A stretch of 64,000 nt of DNA from Octopus sinensis (Eukaryota). Made by a program: the position numbers and the translations under genes. Location: positions 57,660,001 to 57,724,000 of the forward strand of contig NC_043007.1 of assembly GCF_006345805.1 (NCBI RefSeq), written 5' to 3'. The notes beneath the pieces are model-generated. The model did not search any database, was not told the origin of the DNA, and was given only the letters and a program-made list of their open reading frames with translations. Below, piece by piece: positions 1-13,942 of the stretch (the stretch's first letter is position 1; each line of letters starts with the position of its first letter).

Positions 1-90
1 TGCTCTTAACTATGGTCTGGACTTTTTGACTGTTCTTTCTAGTATGTTAGGCAATCTGTTATGGCTCGCCTCTTTGTGTTTAAATATGTA

Positions 91-135
<45 letters not shown>

Positions 136-1037
136 TGCTACTGCTGCTAGTGTTGCTGCTGCTACTACTACTACTACTATTGAATGGGAGACCAGCGCAT
201 GCCATCAAAATGACACTGGGATAAAATATACAGAGCTTGCAGTTGGGGCCCAGTTTTTCCAGAGGTGAATTATACAAACCCAAAGAATTTCTCTCAACAC
301 TATGATATTCCCCAAGTACTTCTTATTGTGATCAGAGATGCACATATGATCCGCCACTAAGGAACATGCTCAACTGGTTAAGGCCAAGCAACTGTCAAGT
401 AAATCTGTTGTATTGAACAAAATAGTTACTGTAGCCTATCTACAAGACAAAACATGTACATGATAACACTTCCAATCAGTGCCATACACTTCCATCAGAG
501 CAAGTGTCTGGTACTGCATCATCATCATTATTATTGTTGTTGTTGTTGTTGTTACCTTACTTCTTAGAACGTTCGGTTTTGTTTGTTCTGGTAGATTCTG
601 TGAGAACGAACAGCAGGCTCCTGTCATAGGTCTAAATGGGTCTCTTTATGCACATAAGCTTTGATACTTGATTATCAATTAATGTGGGAGACATTCAACA
701 TCCAAGTATCAATCTCAAAATCCTAGCTATCCCCAACAGAGCAGTTTTTAGGGCTTGCTCTGCTCTCATATCAATTCCGATTTCTTTGACATATTTCTCG
801 AACTTGATTGTTTGTGCTCCGCCTCCACCTACAACTACTGGAATAACAGACACTCTCCTCGTAGTTCACATTCTTGTAATTTCGTCTTTTAGTAGTCTGT
901 ACTTATCTTTTCTAGTTCTTTCTTACTTATGCGTGCATCTCCAGGTATTGTAATATCTATAATCTTGATTTCTTTTTCTCTCTTTCTACCACAATACCTG
1001 GTCTCCGAGCCTTGATTAGGGAGAGATTTTGTGCTAG

Positions 1038-1039
<2 letters not shown>

Positions 1040-1103
<64 letters not shown>

Positions 1104-1125
1104 GTTGTTGTTGTTGTTGTTGTTA
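1040..1125. repeat. (TAT)n/(TGT)n trinucleotide microsatellite
   Basis: Pure TAT run followed by a TGT run; gives the poly-Y/poly-N ORFs in the track. Confidence 0.95.
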
Positions 1126-1129
1126 TTTA

Positions 1130-1300
1130 GCATTCCGTCCATCTTTACGTTCTGAGTTAAAATTCTGCCGAGGTCGATCTGCCTTTTATTCTTTAAGGGT
1201 CGATAAAATAAGTACCAGTTGAGCACTGGACTCGATGTAATCGAATGACACCCTCCTCAAACTTGCTGGCCTTGTGCCAAAATTTGAAAGCATTATTATT
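1130..1300 (+). mobile_element. SINE family B, 5'-truncated copy
   Basis: Matches copies at 5494 and 26106: ttctgagttaaaattctgccgaggtcga...gtcgataaaataagtaccagttgagcactgg...ccttgtgccaaaatttgaaa, ending in a TAT tail. Confidence 0.85.
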
Positions 1301-1454
1301 AGTGTTGTTGTTGCAGCTACTACTGCTGTAGTAGTAGTTGTTGTTATTGTTATTGTAGGTATTGTTGCTACTGGTGCTGTTGCTGTTGCTGCTGTTGCTG
1401 CTACTGCTGCTGTTGCTACTGCTGTAGTTATTAATATTGGTGAATGCTTTTGAC

Positions 1455-2545
1455 AAATAGTAGTCCCGAAGCATGGTAAATACAGTGTTTTTGAGCAAGG
1501 TGTTTGCCAAGAGGCTGGCGCTTGTCGTCGAACCTCTACTCACTAGTGCACAGACATGCGCTATCCCAATCAAACCTATCTACGACAATCTCCACTTCAT
1601 GCAATTCATCATAGAAAGAGTGGGTATATAGCCTAACATATTTAGGGCCCTGAGAATTTAGATCAATTGAATGCTTTCTATTGGTTACTTTCAGTATTTC
1701 GCAGCTGTCCTGAAAGCAGTGGGTTTCGGCCCCGTCTTTAAAAGCTGGATCGCTGCAATATACAGCGACCGCGATTCGGAGATTAGCGTAAATGGCCACC
1801 TGTCAGAACCGTTGCGCATGATGCGCTACGACGGTCAAAGTTGTCCCCTTTCCCCTCTTCCGTACGTGCTGGCGCTCGAGCCACTACCGGGAAATTTAGA
1901 GGTTTCGAGAGACATCTGCCTAAAGTAGGAGAGTTGTGTCAGTATAGATGGATGATGACACTGTAACGCTGTGGGAAACCAGTCACAACAATATGTTCAG
2001 CATTGCTCTGAGGGAGTACGAAGCAGTAAAAGAAGCAAAAACTAACTAGGAGAAATTGTTGGACCTGCAACAACGCACCTGGAAAAGCAGGTTCATACCA
2101 TCCAATAGCTTCATGGGGAGTGTGAAAGTAGGACCGGTTAAATTCATTAAGGTTTAGCTTGGTCTAGGTGGACAAAAATCAAGAACAGGGAGACGAATCT
2201 CACTCAGAATTAGGCAGAAAGGTAGCTATCCTTAAAGGGTAGTGTAAGATGGCGAAAGTTTACACCGCATCCTTAATCTACAACCGATTGACTGTCGTGC
2301 CATGGAGTGCTTATTCTTCCGCTTTCTGAAGAGGGAACGGGTCCCACATGCATTACGTTCCATCTACTGTCAACTTCACTGCTTAGAGATTGTGATGTGG
2401 CTGATGATGCGCAGGCACGCAGTGAAGCTATGACATATCCAGTGCTTCGTTGACAATGAGCAGGTGTTGTCGTCGTTTCCTGAAATCACTTGTCAACAGC
2501 TCGTCTGTTTGACAGAGTTGCATTCCAGGATCAAGCGTAGACCGA
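1455..2545 (+). mobile_element. Tx1/L1-type LINE, degenerate reverse transcriptase region
   Basis: Reading across frames gives KVFAKRLALVVEPL..AQTCAIP..IYDNLHFMQFIIERV, FGPVFKSWIAAIYSD..VNGHLSEP..GQSCPLSPLPYVLALEPL, and a decayed xDD motif and EYEAV..AK segment. Multiple stops and frameshifts. Confidence 0.85.
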
Positions 2546-2879
2546 GGCAGTGACATTGAGAATAGCATAAATGAATATATATGCCTGCAAAACAAAAAAA
2601 AATGACTATATCATTTAAAACAAAAAATAATGACTATATCATTTATTTAAGATAAAACGGATACAAAGTCAGAGACAATAAGAAGGATACTCAACAATAT
2701 ACAAGCACATACAAAAGGCTTATAAGCATGTAGGGAGGACCCACTAGGATAAACAATGTACAATTACCATTACTGAAACGCAATACACTATACATTGTTT
2801 AGCTTTTTGTGTATAGAGGACATCGTACACGCATACATAATCAGTTGTATATACATCTTTGAAGAAGTATAGTTCTTCT

Positions 2880-3270
<391 letters not shown>

Positions 3271-3783
3271 AACTGTGTGTGTGTGTTTGTGTCCTTACGT
3301 ATATATGCATGATGTAAATATAAATAAGTATAACGCATTATGTAGAATACATCTGTTCATTTCTATTTGCATGGAAGTGTGTGTTTTCCTGGTTTTATTT
3401 TTTATGCAAGTAGATTCATACTCATATACGTACATACATACATGTATACATGCATACATACATTCATACTTACATATATGAAACACGCACTCACACACAC
3501 ACTAACATATATGATATGCATATATATGATTCGTGTGTGTGTGCGTGTAAGTGCCTGTTGTATCCATTGAAGCACGCTAAGAGTCTTCCGTAGAGGAAAT
3601 TGATACTAATATACGCACACCACCTGCGACCAGTCAGCATTGATAGTCCCACATGGTAAGTACAATAAAATGTGGACACTATCACTTAACATATCCAATG
3701 GTCAAACAATAGACATACATTCATTTGTATATATGTCTGTGTCTACCTGTGTCTCTATCTTTCTTACTGATTCTCTGTAATAC

Positions 3784-3854
<71 letters not shown>

Positions 3855-3863
3855 ATATATATA

Positions 3864-3899
<36 letters not shown>

Positions 3900-3989
3900 T
3901 GTATGTATGTATGTATGCATGTATGTATGTATGCATGTATGTATGTAAGAATATATGCATGTATTTATTTATGTATATATAGATATATA

Positions 3990-4106
3990 GGCGTGGCTTA
4001 GTGGTAAGAAGTTTGCTTTCCAATCAAATGGTTCCTGTCTCAGTCGAACAATATGGCAGAAAGTGTCTTCTACTATAGCACCAGGCCGACCAAAACCTTG
4101 TGAGTG
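3990..4106 (+). mobile_element. SINE family A, 5' half (tRNA-derived head)
   Basis: ggcgtggcttagtggtaagaagtttgct...aagtgtcttctactatagc..ggccgaccaaaaccttgtgagtg, homologous to 13725 and 30597-31002. Confidence 0.8.
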
Positions 4107-4635
4107 TTAACACGTACGGCATTAATTGCTCCAGTTTCTGTAGCTGCTGAAATTATTGAGTATATAAACAAACTGGCCACTTGTTTCTCTAGGATTGGTC
4201 ACATTGATGTGGACGCTTCTTTTGAGAAACCAATAAGATTCGAAAATTGATTAAGGTTGTACATCGTTCTTTCAATCTACAGAAATAGCTAAATTAGCCC
4301 CGTTTATAAGCGTAGTATATTGGTTACATATATTAATATTATACCTTGATTCTGTGTGGACTGTGTTTCCCTCTGATAGGCCCTTGATATTAAGTAAAAT
4401 GATAATACAGTATGCAAATTAGCGGGCCCTTTTCTTTATAGCCACAGAAGTTGTTGAATATATAAATAGAGCAGTAGCTTGCTCTATTGTTGTTGGTCAA
4501 ATTGTTGTAGTTCCTCCTGAGGTGAACTCAATAACATTCAAAAATTAATTAAAGTCTTTCAATTTTTTTTCTTTTTCAGTCTACAAAGAAATAGCATAAT
4601 TATCCCTGCTTATAAATCTTCTCTATAGGTTATAT

Positions 4636-4690
<55 letters not shown>

Positions 4691-4692
<2 letters not shown>

Positions 4693-4790
4693 TCCTCCAC
4701 CATCGCTACACGACGGGTATCTTGTAATCGAGTGGTTTGGCAATAAGAGACCGATAGAACCAGGTTTGAAGATAAACATTGGGGTCTCAA
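4691..4790 (+). mobile_element. SINE family A, degenerate 3' half after (TG)n
   Basis: ccaccatcgct...ggcaataagagaccgatagaa matches the 3' half of other family A copies. Confidence 0.6.
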
Positions 4791-4796
4791 ATTTTG

Positions 4797-4993
4797 TCAC
4801 AAGGCCTGAAATCTTGGGGAAGGAGACTAATTGATTATATCGACCCCAGTGTTTCATTGGTACCTCCTTTATCGACCTCAAAAGTTTGAAAGCAAAGTCC
4901 ACCTTGGTGGAATTTGACCGCAGAAAGTAAAGATGGATGGAATCCAGCTGATCATTTTGTCTGGAGTGCTAACGAATCTTGCAGCTCGCCGCC
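4797..4993 (-). mobile_element. SINE family B, near full length
   Basis: Reverse complement starts ggcggcgagctgcaagattcgttagcac and continues through the gtcgataaa..gtacca..cactggggtcgat module. Confidence 0.85.
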
Positions 4994-5493
4994 TAGCTAG
5001 AATAGATATTAAAAGAAGGAAGCTTCAATGAAACATACGTGATCATTCGATAATTTTATACGTCGAATACAAACGCTGGTCGTTACATGACAGATATTGT
5101 TCCGATTACATAGGAGTCAGTCATTGAGAACAGATGTCGGTTGATAATGTAAAATAGACAAGTTATTTGTAATTGTTTTTGATGATTGATCTGTTTATAC
5201 GCTCACATCCATCACCATTAGCCACTTTAATGTGAACTTCAGTCTTGAAAGGCTCCCCTCAAATGCCTGTCACTAACTGAAATCAAAGCTCACGTAGTAC
5301 GCATGCCTTACTGATGTCCTTCTTACTGCAAGTGCACACTACGTGAGTTATTGAATGTTAGCTAAATTCTTTTCTCCGTTATTTCCACACAGTCAGCACA
5401 CTCCATTGATCTTTCCGGGAATCATAAGTAGTTTTGTCAATATATTTCTTCGTAAGCTTTGAAGTTCATTTAGTTCATGCTGTTAATGTACGA

Positions 5494-5690
5494 GACACCG
5501 AAGCGGTGAGCAGGCAGAATCGTAAGTACAACGGACGAAATGTTTAGCGGCACTTCTTCCGTCTGAAAGTTCTGAGTAGAAATTCTGCCGAGGCCGACTT
5601 TGCCTTTCATCCTTTCGAAGTCGATAAAATAAGTACCAGTTGAGCACTGGGGCTGATGTGATCGACTTATCCCTTCCCACAAATGTTATG
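5494..5690 (+). mobile_element. SINE family B
   Basis: gcggtgagcaggcagaatcgtaag...gccgaggccgactttgcctttcatcctttcgaagtcgataaaataagtaccagttgagcactgggg. Confidence 0.9.
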
Positions 5691-5970
5691 GGGTAAATCG
5701 GCTGAGAGAAAAGATTTCGAATCTGGTATCGCATAATGATAACTGAAATTCGTTTCATGTCACCATCGTTAATATTGTTATTGCTGGTAAAACGGTAGTG
5801 TCGCTAGAGGAAAATTTTCTTGTCATTTCTAGCAAGTAGAATGACCAAGTAGAAAAAGGAGGTTGATACCAATGTGTCAGAATTTTGTCAGTAACCTGAA
5901 ACTTTGAATTCACTTCTTTCGACCTTTTGCTTGTGAGTTTGTGCATTTGTTGTTTGTGTGTGTGTGAATA

Positions 5971-6044
<74 letters not shown>

Positions 6045-6045
6045 G

Positions 6046-6140
6046 ATACAAAATTTATAGGTCTGACCACTAAAAGTGGACAGTCTATATCTAGCATATA
6101 GACTGTCGACTTTTAGTGGTCAGTCCTATAAATTTTGTAT
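6046..6140. repeat. 45-bp near-perfect hairpin (arms 6046-6090 and 6096-6140, 5-nt loop CTAGC)
   Basis: Arms are reverse complements with 2 mismatches in 45, checked base by base. Confidence 0.95.
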
Positions 6141-6450
6141 GTAAAAAAATTTTAATCTTCGGATTTTTTAAATATATGCTAGGCCATTGGTTTTAATTGA
6201 TTAATATCAATTTCTACCCTTATTTAAATTTTAAATATATATGACCGCGTGTGTACCGTTGGCGATTTTATTTTCTTCGTCTTCCCTTCTCTGGATCTTT
6301 CCTTTTCCTATGTTTCTGACGAAGAGCTCCGCTCGAAACGTAAAACCCTCCTTCTTCCCTTCCTTCGTGAGCGTCCAATAATACTATATTTGTTCCACGT
6401 CCTTGCGTTGTTGTGTTTTCTCTTGGTGTTTTCATGTTTGGATTAACTTT
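6096..6450 (+). mobile_element. Penelope-like element terminal fragment carrying a minimal hammerhead, embedded in (TA)n
   Basis: Hammerhead at 6312-6346 followed by gagcgtccaataatac..., related to the ends at 35900, 41850 and 11690. PLE assignment is inferred from the known association of such minimal hammerheads with PLE ends. Confidence 0.65.
6312..6346 (+). ncRNA. Minimal type I hammerhead ribozyme (palindromic ACGU stem III, dimer type)
   Basis: guuu-CUGACGA-a-gagc-ucc-gcuc-GAAA-CG-UA^aaac. Stem I guuu/aaac, stem II gagc/gcuc; predicted cleavage after 6342. Confidence 0.8.
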
Positions 6451-6459
6451 ATATATATA

Positions 6460-7328
6460 CCAGCATTAAAGACCCGTCGTTGCCGGGTCATAGTGCTAGT
6501 GCATGTATATATGTGTATATATGTGTGTACATATTACATGTACATCTATATATATACATCTACACATAAAATGCAAAATACAAAGTTATATCTTGATATC
6601 GCTAGTGATAACAATACTCAAAATATATAACAGACTGGAATTGTTAGCTCTTCTTTTTTCACTATATTGTATACTTTATAGACAATAGTCTTTTCTTTAA
6701 TTTAATTTTTTATTATCCATCTGGACTATTCCATTTCTGCACGCTAATTTTATTTTTAATTATTCCCATTTATGTGAAACCACTTATTCAAGTTCAAATC
6801 ATTGATGCAGTTTTATACAATTTGCTATTTTTACTTTTGTATTTTACGATTATATTATACTTTAGTTTGATTTTAATTATTACTTACTACATGTAATTCA
6901 ATTGTTATTATTATTTTTATTGTTAAAGTGAAAGCATCTGACATAAAATAGAGAAATATCTTTGTTTCACTTTTAACACGTAATACTGAAATAGTGGAGA
7001 AGATATGATATTGCTATGGGCTCGCTCTAGGCAAAAAGTTGAACATTTTGTTTTGCCCATGAAACTACATGGACCCTAAGTAAGGCATGTGTAAAATTTG
7101 AGTGAAATTGGTTGTGTAGTTCTCAAGTTTTAGGGAATCGTAGTGGAGAAGATATGATATTGCTGTGGGCTCGCCCTAGGCAAAAAGTTAAAAAAAAATT
7201 TTACCGATGACACTCCCCGGACCCTAAGTAAGGCATGTGTAAAATTTGAATGAAATTGGTTGTGTAGTTCTCAAGTTTTAGGGAAACACACAGACAGACA
7301 CACATTCTCAGTTTTATATATATAAAGA
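6460..7328 (-). mobile_element. Non-autonomous Helitron-type element with internal ~149-bp tandem duplication
   Basis: On the minus strand: 5' TC after A (7328), 3' CTGG before T (6460), subterminal hairpin GACCCG/CGGGTC (6471-6489), acagacagacac near the 5' end. Direct repeat units start at 6992 and 7141. Confidence 0.7.
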
Positions 7329-7782
7329 TATATATATATATACATATATATAATTGAGTGGCTAATTAGCAATTTTACAACTTTTAGTGACGTATGTATA
7401 TATACGAAAGAGCAGTTAAACTCCAAACCACTAATAGTTGTAATTCTGAAAGGGAAAGAGAAATAAAAACGTTTACTCTATCTTTCCTGGACTATGCATA
7501 GTTCGGCAATCTTTTGTAAATAAAATAAAATGATTTTACTTTACAATTGGCGTTGCCATCTTCAGCAGGAAGCCAAGGCTAACATATAGGCACGAGGCGA
7601 TAAGGACCATGCCTCGAATCTATATGCTATAACTTTTCAAAATCCACCACGCACGCGTGGTTTTTTCAGCAGTAAATATAATTGCTGATTTTCTTTCAAA
7701 ATTAATCAAAAAACCTTTTATCATTAATTAATAAATCTTAGGGTAGCAAAAAAAATTTAGAAAAATTCTCAGTTACCAGTGG

Positions 7783-7846
<64 letters not shown>

Positions 7847-7850
7847 TATA

Positions 7851-9086
7851 CAGGGCTTGGACAAAATAATGGGAACACCTAGCATAATAGCATCATAATT
7901 TTGAAATATCTATAAAACCGTCAAAAGCTTGTTTATTTTTATGTTTTTTGATTTATTATTAGCGTTGATTAATGATTTGCTAAAATTGCTGTTTCTTTTC
8001 AGATATCATAAAAAAAAAAGGTAATTAAAATTCATTAAAATGACAGATGTATCGGACTTTCAAAGAGGTCAAATTATTGGTACTCGTATAGCAGATGCTA
8101 TAATAACGAAACAAGCCGAAATGTTCGGTGTATCAAGAAGTACTGTCTCGAAGTAATGATAGCCATTGAGAAAGAGGGGAAAAGAACCTCGTCGAAACAA
8201 AACTCCGGAAAAAAGCTAAAACTTTCAGATAGAGATCGTCGGGCTCTTACACGAATTGTTAGAAAAGATCACAATAGTACAGCTCCCAAAATTACTGAAG
8301 AGCTTAATCACTACCTCAAGAACCTACTTTCCACAAGAACTGTTGGCCGGAAGCTGCACAAAACCGGATTTCACGGGAGAGCCGCAATCAGAAAACCACT
8401 ACCTTCAAAAACGAACGTTGCAAAGCCGTTACAGTGGGGTAAAAACCTACAGAATTGGTCCCTAAAGCACTGGAAGTATGTTATTTTTTCGGACGAGTCA
8501 TCCTTTACCTTATTTCAGACCACCGGCCCAGTATACGTGTGGAGACAGTCAGAAGAAACATTTGACCCAGACTGCCTTCTTCCAACTGTTAAACATGGAG
8601 GAGGATCTGTGATGATCTGGTGTGGGGCTATATCTTGGAAATCTGCCGGCCCAATGGTTTCCCTTCATGGCAGAATTAATAGTCAAGACTATTTAAGCAT
8701 TTTATCTGATCGAATTCATCCTCTGGTTGCGAAACTGTTTCTGGAAGGAAACGCAATCTTTCTGGATGATAATGCACCAATTCACACAGCTAAAGTTGTT
8801 ACTGAACTCACGAGGAACATTCTAGTCAAGTTGAATATCTTATCTGGCCACCACAGTCCCCAGATCTCAACATTATGGAACATTTACGGTGTATTTTAGA
8901 AGAACATCACTACAAGAACTGGAGACTGTTTTAGCTGAAGAATGGATAAAATTCCTTTGGAAACAATTCAAACTTTGTACGAGTCCATACCTCGTAGAAT
9001 TCAAGCTGTAATTACTGCCAAAGGCGGTACATATGAAAGATTTGTTTGAAATTTTAAGTTGTTTCCATTATCTTATCCAACCCCTG
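7851..9086 (+). mobile_element. Tc1-family DNA transposon, full length (~1.24 kb), TA-flanked
   Basis: Imperfect TIRs cagggcttggacaaaataatgggaacac / gtttccattatcttatccaacccctg, TA on both sides, transposase relic inside. Confidence 0.95.
8040..9030 (+). pseudogene. Tc1-type DDE transposase, frameshifted
   Basis: MTDVSDFQRGQIIG.. start, frameshift near 8153, then ORF 8156-8899 with VIFSDESSF, PTVKHGGGSVMIWCG, FLDDNAPIHTAK; WPPQSPDLN..E lies in another frame. Confidence 0.92.
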
Positions 9087-9092
9087 TATATA

Positions 9093-10001
9093 CTAGCTGA
9101 CGTACCCGGTAATTCCCAGAAAAGCGGGGCTTATCCCTTGGTCCCGTTCTCATAACTGTTTCGCTAATCCAATAACAACAATACAAAGTATCTAACCATT
9201 AAAACAGTTTTTGTGCATTTACAGAGAATACCGAACTTGTTTTTGGGAAATCCCAATAAGTTATGAATACCCAAATCATGAAGTCAGTTACATAATATCA
9301 GGAAATTCGTCGCCCAATAGCAAGAATTCAAATAAAGTAGCCCCGAAAAGGGCTTTAATGTGTTCCCAGAGTATATAGAACTTAGGAGGAAATACCAATA
9401 TGGCATGTTACGTAATAACAGTCTAATCGGATATGAGATAATATCAATCCAAAGTAAATAACTCTGAAAAAGGCTTTTGTGTGTTCCCAAAGAATATAAC
9501 CCCTAGGGGCACTAGTGTTGAACTAGATTTACAATGAATGTAGAAACAGACTGACATTTAGTTTTACAGTAGACATACAAATAAACTTGCATATAGATTT
9601 AAAAATAAAATAACATGTATATTATCAATACATTTACAACACAAATATTGCAGTTAAATAATAGATACCGGATGATTTGGTGAATCTTATTAAGTTTGCA
9701 GAGCTTCGTGATAAACAAAAAGTTTGGTGTTTTCTTGTGGGGCATAAATAAACAAATGATCATTAACTTTAAGGTTGGTAGTGTTTAGGGTTATCAAAGA
9801 GAACTGAATGGGTTATTTCCCTAGGATGTTAAAGGAAAATATATTGGTTATATATGGTCCTTAACCATCCAATTATAGATTTTTATTAAACTTCAATGAG
9901 CCTAGTAACAAACTGGATGTTACTTGAACATTTATGCAGTCTCACGGCAACTTGACACAAACACACATCCAAATAGACAGCTTGCATTTATATATGTATA
10001 T

Positions 10002-10063
<62 letters not shown>

Positions 10064-11110
10064 AACACAACACACTCACACATACAAATTTTCTTTACTT
10101 CTCTCTCTCTCTCTCTTACCCCACCCCACTCTGTGATGCGGTATATAGGACACGACATATACCCAGTGTTTAGAACCCCCTTGTGTTTGTTTATAGTTTG
10201 GTAGCTGTGTTTGTAAAAAGAAATCGTAATATATTTCGAAATATCAATCTGATTTTGTAATGTAACCGGATAGTAAGGTATTCCTTGCATTACACATTTA
10301 TTTATAAGACAAGCAAATCACCCCCACTCCCGTCCAATGAACGGTGCTGAGTTGTCAAACATTTCAACCAAATTTTCTCAAAACAACTTGTCCGACCGTT
10401 CTGTAGGCCTCCCCTTAGAGAAACACTGATTTAACCTAAATTTGAGACACCAGCAAAAGAAGAAATAAAGATAGCCTTTTTTCTATTTCAAAGAAAAACG
10501 ATTTTATTCACACAAATATGCAACTGAAGAGTTTAAAATACCAGTAATGATAAGGCTATTGACTGGGAGAACACAAACATGGTTTAAACAGTAAGCTTGG
10601 CAGGAAAGAAACAGTACAAAAACAAAAAAAAATGGAAGGTGCAGTTATGTACAGGTTGACGGAAGAAAAGCAGGACAAAAACGATTGCATGCAAATGGGT
10701 TAGCTGGAGGTAAATCTAGATGGAAAAGCATGATGAATTTATGAGAACGTACCTGGGACAATAATAAATTTATCCGATAAAACATGTAGGAAATCAACAT
10801 GGGGCGATTTTTGCTGAAAAGCAACAACCTAGGGAACTAAGTAACTAATTTTAAGTTAATTTACTTTACGGGATGTTCAATGGCATAGAAAAGCTAGTGG
10901 CAGCAGCTGATGTACTTGCACGTACAAATGCACGTTCCCGCGGCTTTATTGATCGCATTATCACCTGGAATCAATTTTTGTAATTTTTCAAGAGTTATAC
11001 ACACTCTGATACCGTCGGTATCTACATATCAAATTTGAGCGCAATCGGATGGAGGATGCCCGAGATCCTAGAAGACCCACGCACAGACAAACCGGATTTT
11101 ATATAATAGA
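9093..11110 (-). mobile_element. Helitron-type ends bracketing ~2 kb (one composite element or two fragments)
   Basis: Minus-strand 3' CTAG^T at 9093-9096 (actagctgacgtacccgg) and 5' A^TC end at 11110 (acagacaaaccggattttatataatagat). Continuity of the interior is not demonstrated. Confidence 0.45.
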
Positions 11111-11379
11111 TATGCCCGTTTTAGCCACACTTAATTCTCCTATATATTTAAATGTTTAGTTCAAATTAACTAACACAACTGATGTCCAAATTCTTAGAAG
11201 AAAGCTTAATTATTTCTAATCTTATCTCTTTAAAATTTTAACTGATGGTGGTTTTTGTATGTTTTGATGTAATCCTCTATCTATGAATGCATTAATAGAA
11301 TTCTACCGAAAAGGCTGTCGTAAATTTTAAACACCATCTGTCCTTGTGCTACATCTTCCAATTTTGTTTTGTACTGCTA

Positions 11380-11675
11380 AACACTAAGTGTTCAACCTTG
11401 TCAGCATGGTGTACAGCTGGTTTGGGTTTCAGCGATGAGTACAATGTCATATACGAATCGGGGATTGGGTCTTAGCCATTAATGTTCACACAACCTGTGC
11501 AGTTGATCTCCTTGATTACCATTTCTGGACACGCCGCAAAGAGTTTTGGAGAGATAGTATCACCTTGCTTGATATCCTTCTCAATTGGGAATTTTACTGG
11601 TGGTGAAAGTAGAGTTATGTCTATTGTACATCTAGAGTCCGCATATATATGGTTTGAAATTATATAAGAAAACAA
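11380..11675 (-). mobile_element. RTE-clade LINE reverse transcriptase fragment
   Basis: FPIEKDIKQGDTISPKLF..INING, then after a frameshift RFVYDIVLIAE (decayed RFADDIVL). Confidence 0.8.
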
Positions 11676-11689
11676 AAAATCGAATGATT

Positions 11690-11800
11690 AAGACGTAATA
11701 AGTTGTATTAATTTGACGCTCAGGAAAATTAGTAGTCTTTCACGTTTCGAGCCTTTCGAGGAATGAAAAGAGGAAACAGATGGAGAGAAAAAAACTGTCT
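11690..11800 (-). mobile_element. Decayed copy of the hammerhead-bearing PLE-type end family
   Basis: Reverse complement ..ggctcgaaacgtgaaagact..tcctgagcgtcaaattaatac matches 35941-36015 and 41881-41950; CUG core lost and position 17 is G. Confidence 0.65.
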
Positions 11801-11823
11801 GGATGTATACATATATGTATGTA

Positions 11824-11854
<31 letters not shown>

Positions 11855-12021
11855 ATATATATATATAGATATATATATATAATATATATATATATATAAA
11901 TATGTATGTATGTGTGTGTGTGTGTGTGTATGTTGTGTGTGTGTGTGTGGGGGGTGTTTGTGCGTGAATAGATAGATCGAAATATAGATATATAGGTATA
12001 TATACATATACATACATACAT

Positions 12022-12098
<77 letters not shown>

Positions 12099-13461
12099 TA
12101 TATATATTAATTTATATATACAACTTAGCTGAATTAAGGTTCGTTTAGTATTAGTCTAGGCCCTATAAACCGCCTGCTGCCCCATAATGCCGTATTCACA
12201 AACGAAACCACAATATGACCATCACAACCAATATCATCCTTGCCAATAGAACAGTGAATCTCGTCACTGAAACCAACACAACTATATTCCAATATTCCCA
12301 CTCTTATCAAGGCCGGGGTGTACGCTGAAACAACCATTAAGACACTCAATGTTATTAACGTTACCATTAATATCGCTTAATAATCACCTCATAGATAGCC
12401 GTAGAATCCAATGCAAGCAACACTGCTAATACCACAATAATCTCCTCCGCCACCGCAAACATTCTCTGATATCGTTAGCACCACCTCTACCTCAAATATT
12501 AAAACTGTCACTCCGATTATATTACTGTCAATACTCCTACCATTACAGCACTCGACAGCAGCCTTGTGTGACCAAACAATCACAGTCATAGCCATCACAA
12601 TAATCTTTATAACAATTATACAACAACCACAACAACGGCCAGCAAACAACAATCCCGTCGAACAGCTCGACCACAATGTCTGCCACTAAGATGAATAACA
12701 CAAATGTCAACACTAACACTAATAATACCAACATCAGCAGCATCACCAACAGCGACAACAAGAACAACATCACCAACGTCGACATAATTAGCATTAACGC
12801 AAACACCAGCGTCGACAGCAACATTGTATCGCTGACACCAGCAGCAACACCAACAGAAATATTGACATCACCGCAGCGAAGACCAACACTAAGACATCCA
12901 CCCAAGACCTCAGATATCCACGCCAGTGCTTCCTTAAAAAGCGTACATTTCTACACATTTTGCAAACAAGTATACGTGGATTTTTTAATAGAAATATTAT
13001 TACTTTCCTATTGAGCCGACTTTTCAGGAGAATCTCTGGAAAAATAAATCATACAAACATACGGCCGGGAATATAAAGAAATAAAGGAACGGAAAGAAGG
13101 GGAAGCAGAATAAAGAATAAAAGATTGAAAGAAAGAAATAGCTAAAGAAAGGAAAAGAGGGTGGGAAGAGGTAAAGAGGAGGTTGGGTTATAATAGTAGC
13201 AATGACAGCAATAACAGCAGCAAGAGTAAGAAGAACGACATCAACAAAACCAACTGCCAATTCAATCTAGATTAAAGTTATTGCACAGACGAAGCCTTCA
13301 ATAAATGACTAAAGGTAATATTAGCTTTAGTTGGCAAACGGAGCATATATTGTGTGGGGGCGTGCATATACCTCAACATGTATGTATAGATATATATGAA
13401 TATATAAATGTGTGTATCTATCTATTTATCTATCTAACTATTTATCTGTTTGCCTGTCGGT

Positions 13462-13551
<90 letters not shown>

Positions 13552-13724
13552 GTCTGTCTGTCTGTCTATAGACAGATAGACAGATAGAGATACATATACA
13601 CGCACATTATGTATTTGTATATATGTATACGTACAAAATATATGTGTGTAAGTAGGTATATAATACACACACACACACACACATGTACACACACACACAC
13701 ACACACACGTATTATGTATGTACA

Positions 13725-13884
13725 GGAGTGGCTGTGTAGTAAGAAGGTTGCTTCCCAACCACATGGTTCCGGGTTCAGTCCCACTGCGTGGCACCTTGGG
13801 CAAGTGTTTTCTACTATAGCATCGGGCCGACCAAAGACTGAATTAGGCAAACGGTAACTGAAAAAGCCCGTCGTGTATACATAT

Positions 13885-13942
<58 letters not shown>

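Noticed and set aside
12134-13014. Several ORFs in a C/A-rich stretch (e.g. 12676-13014, Asn/Thr rich)
   Set aside because: The composition is that of decayed ACC/AAC/ATC triplet repeats; no recognisable domain or splice structure.
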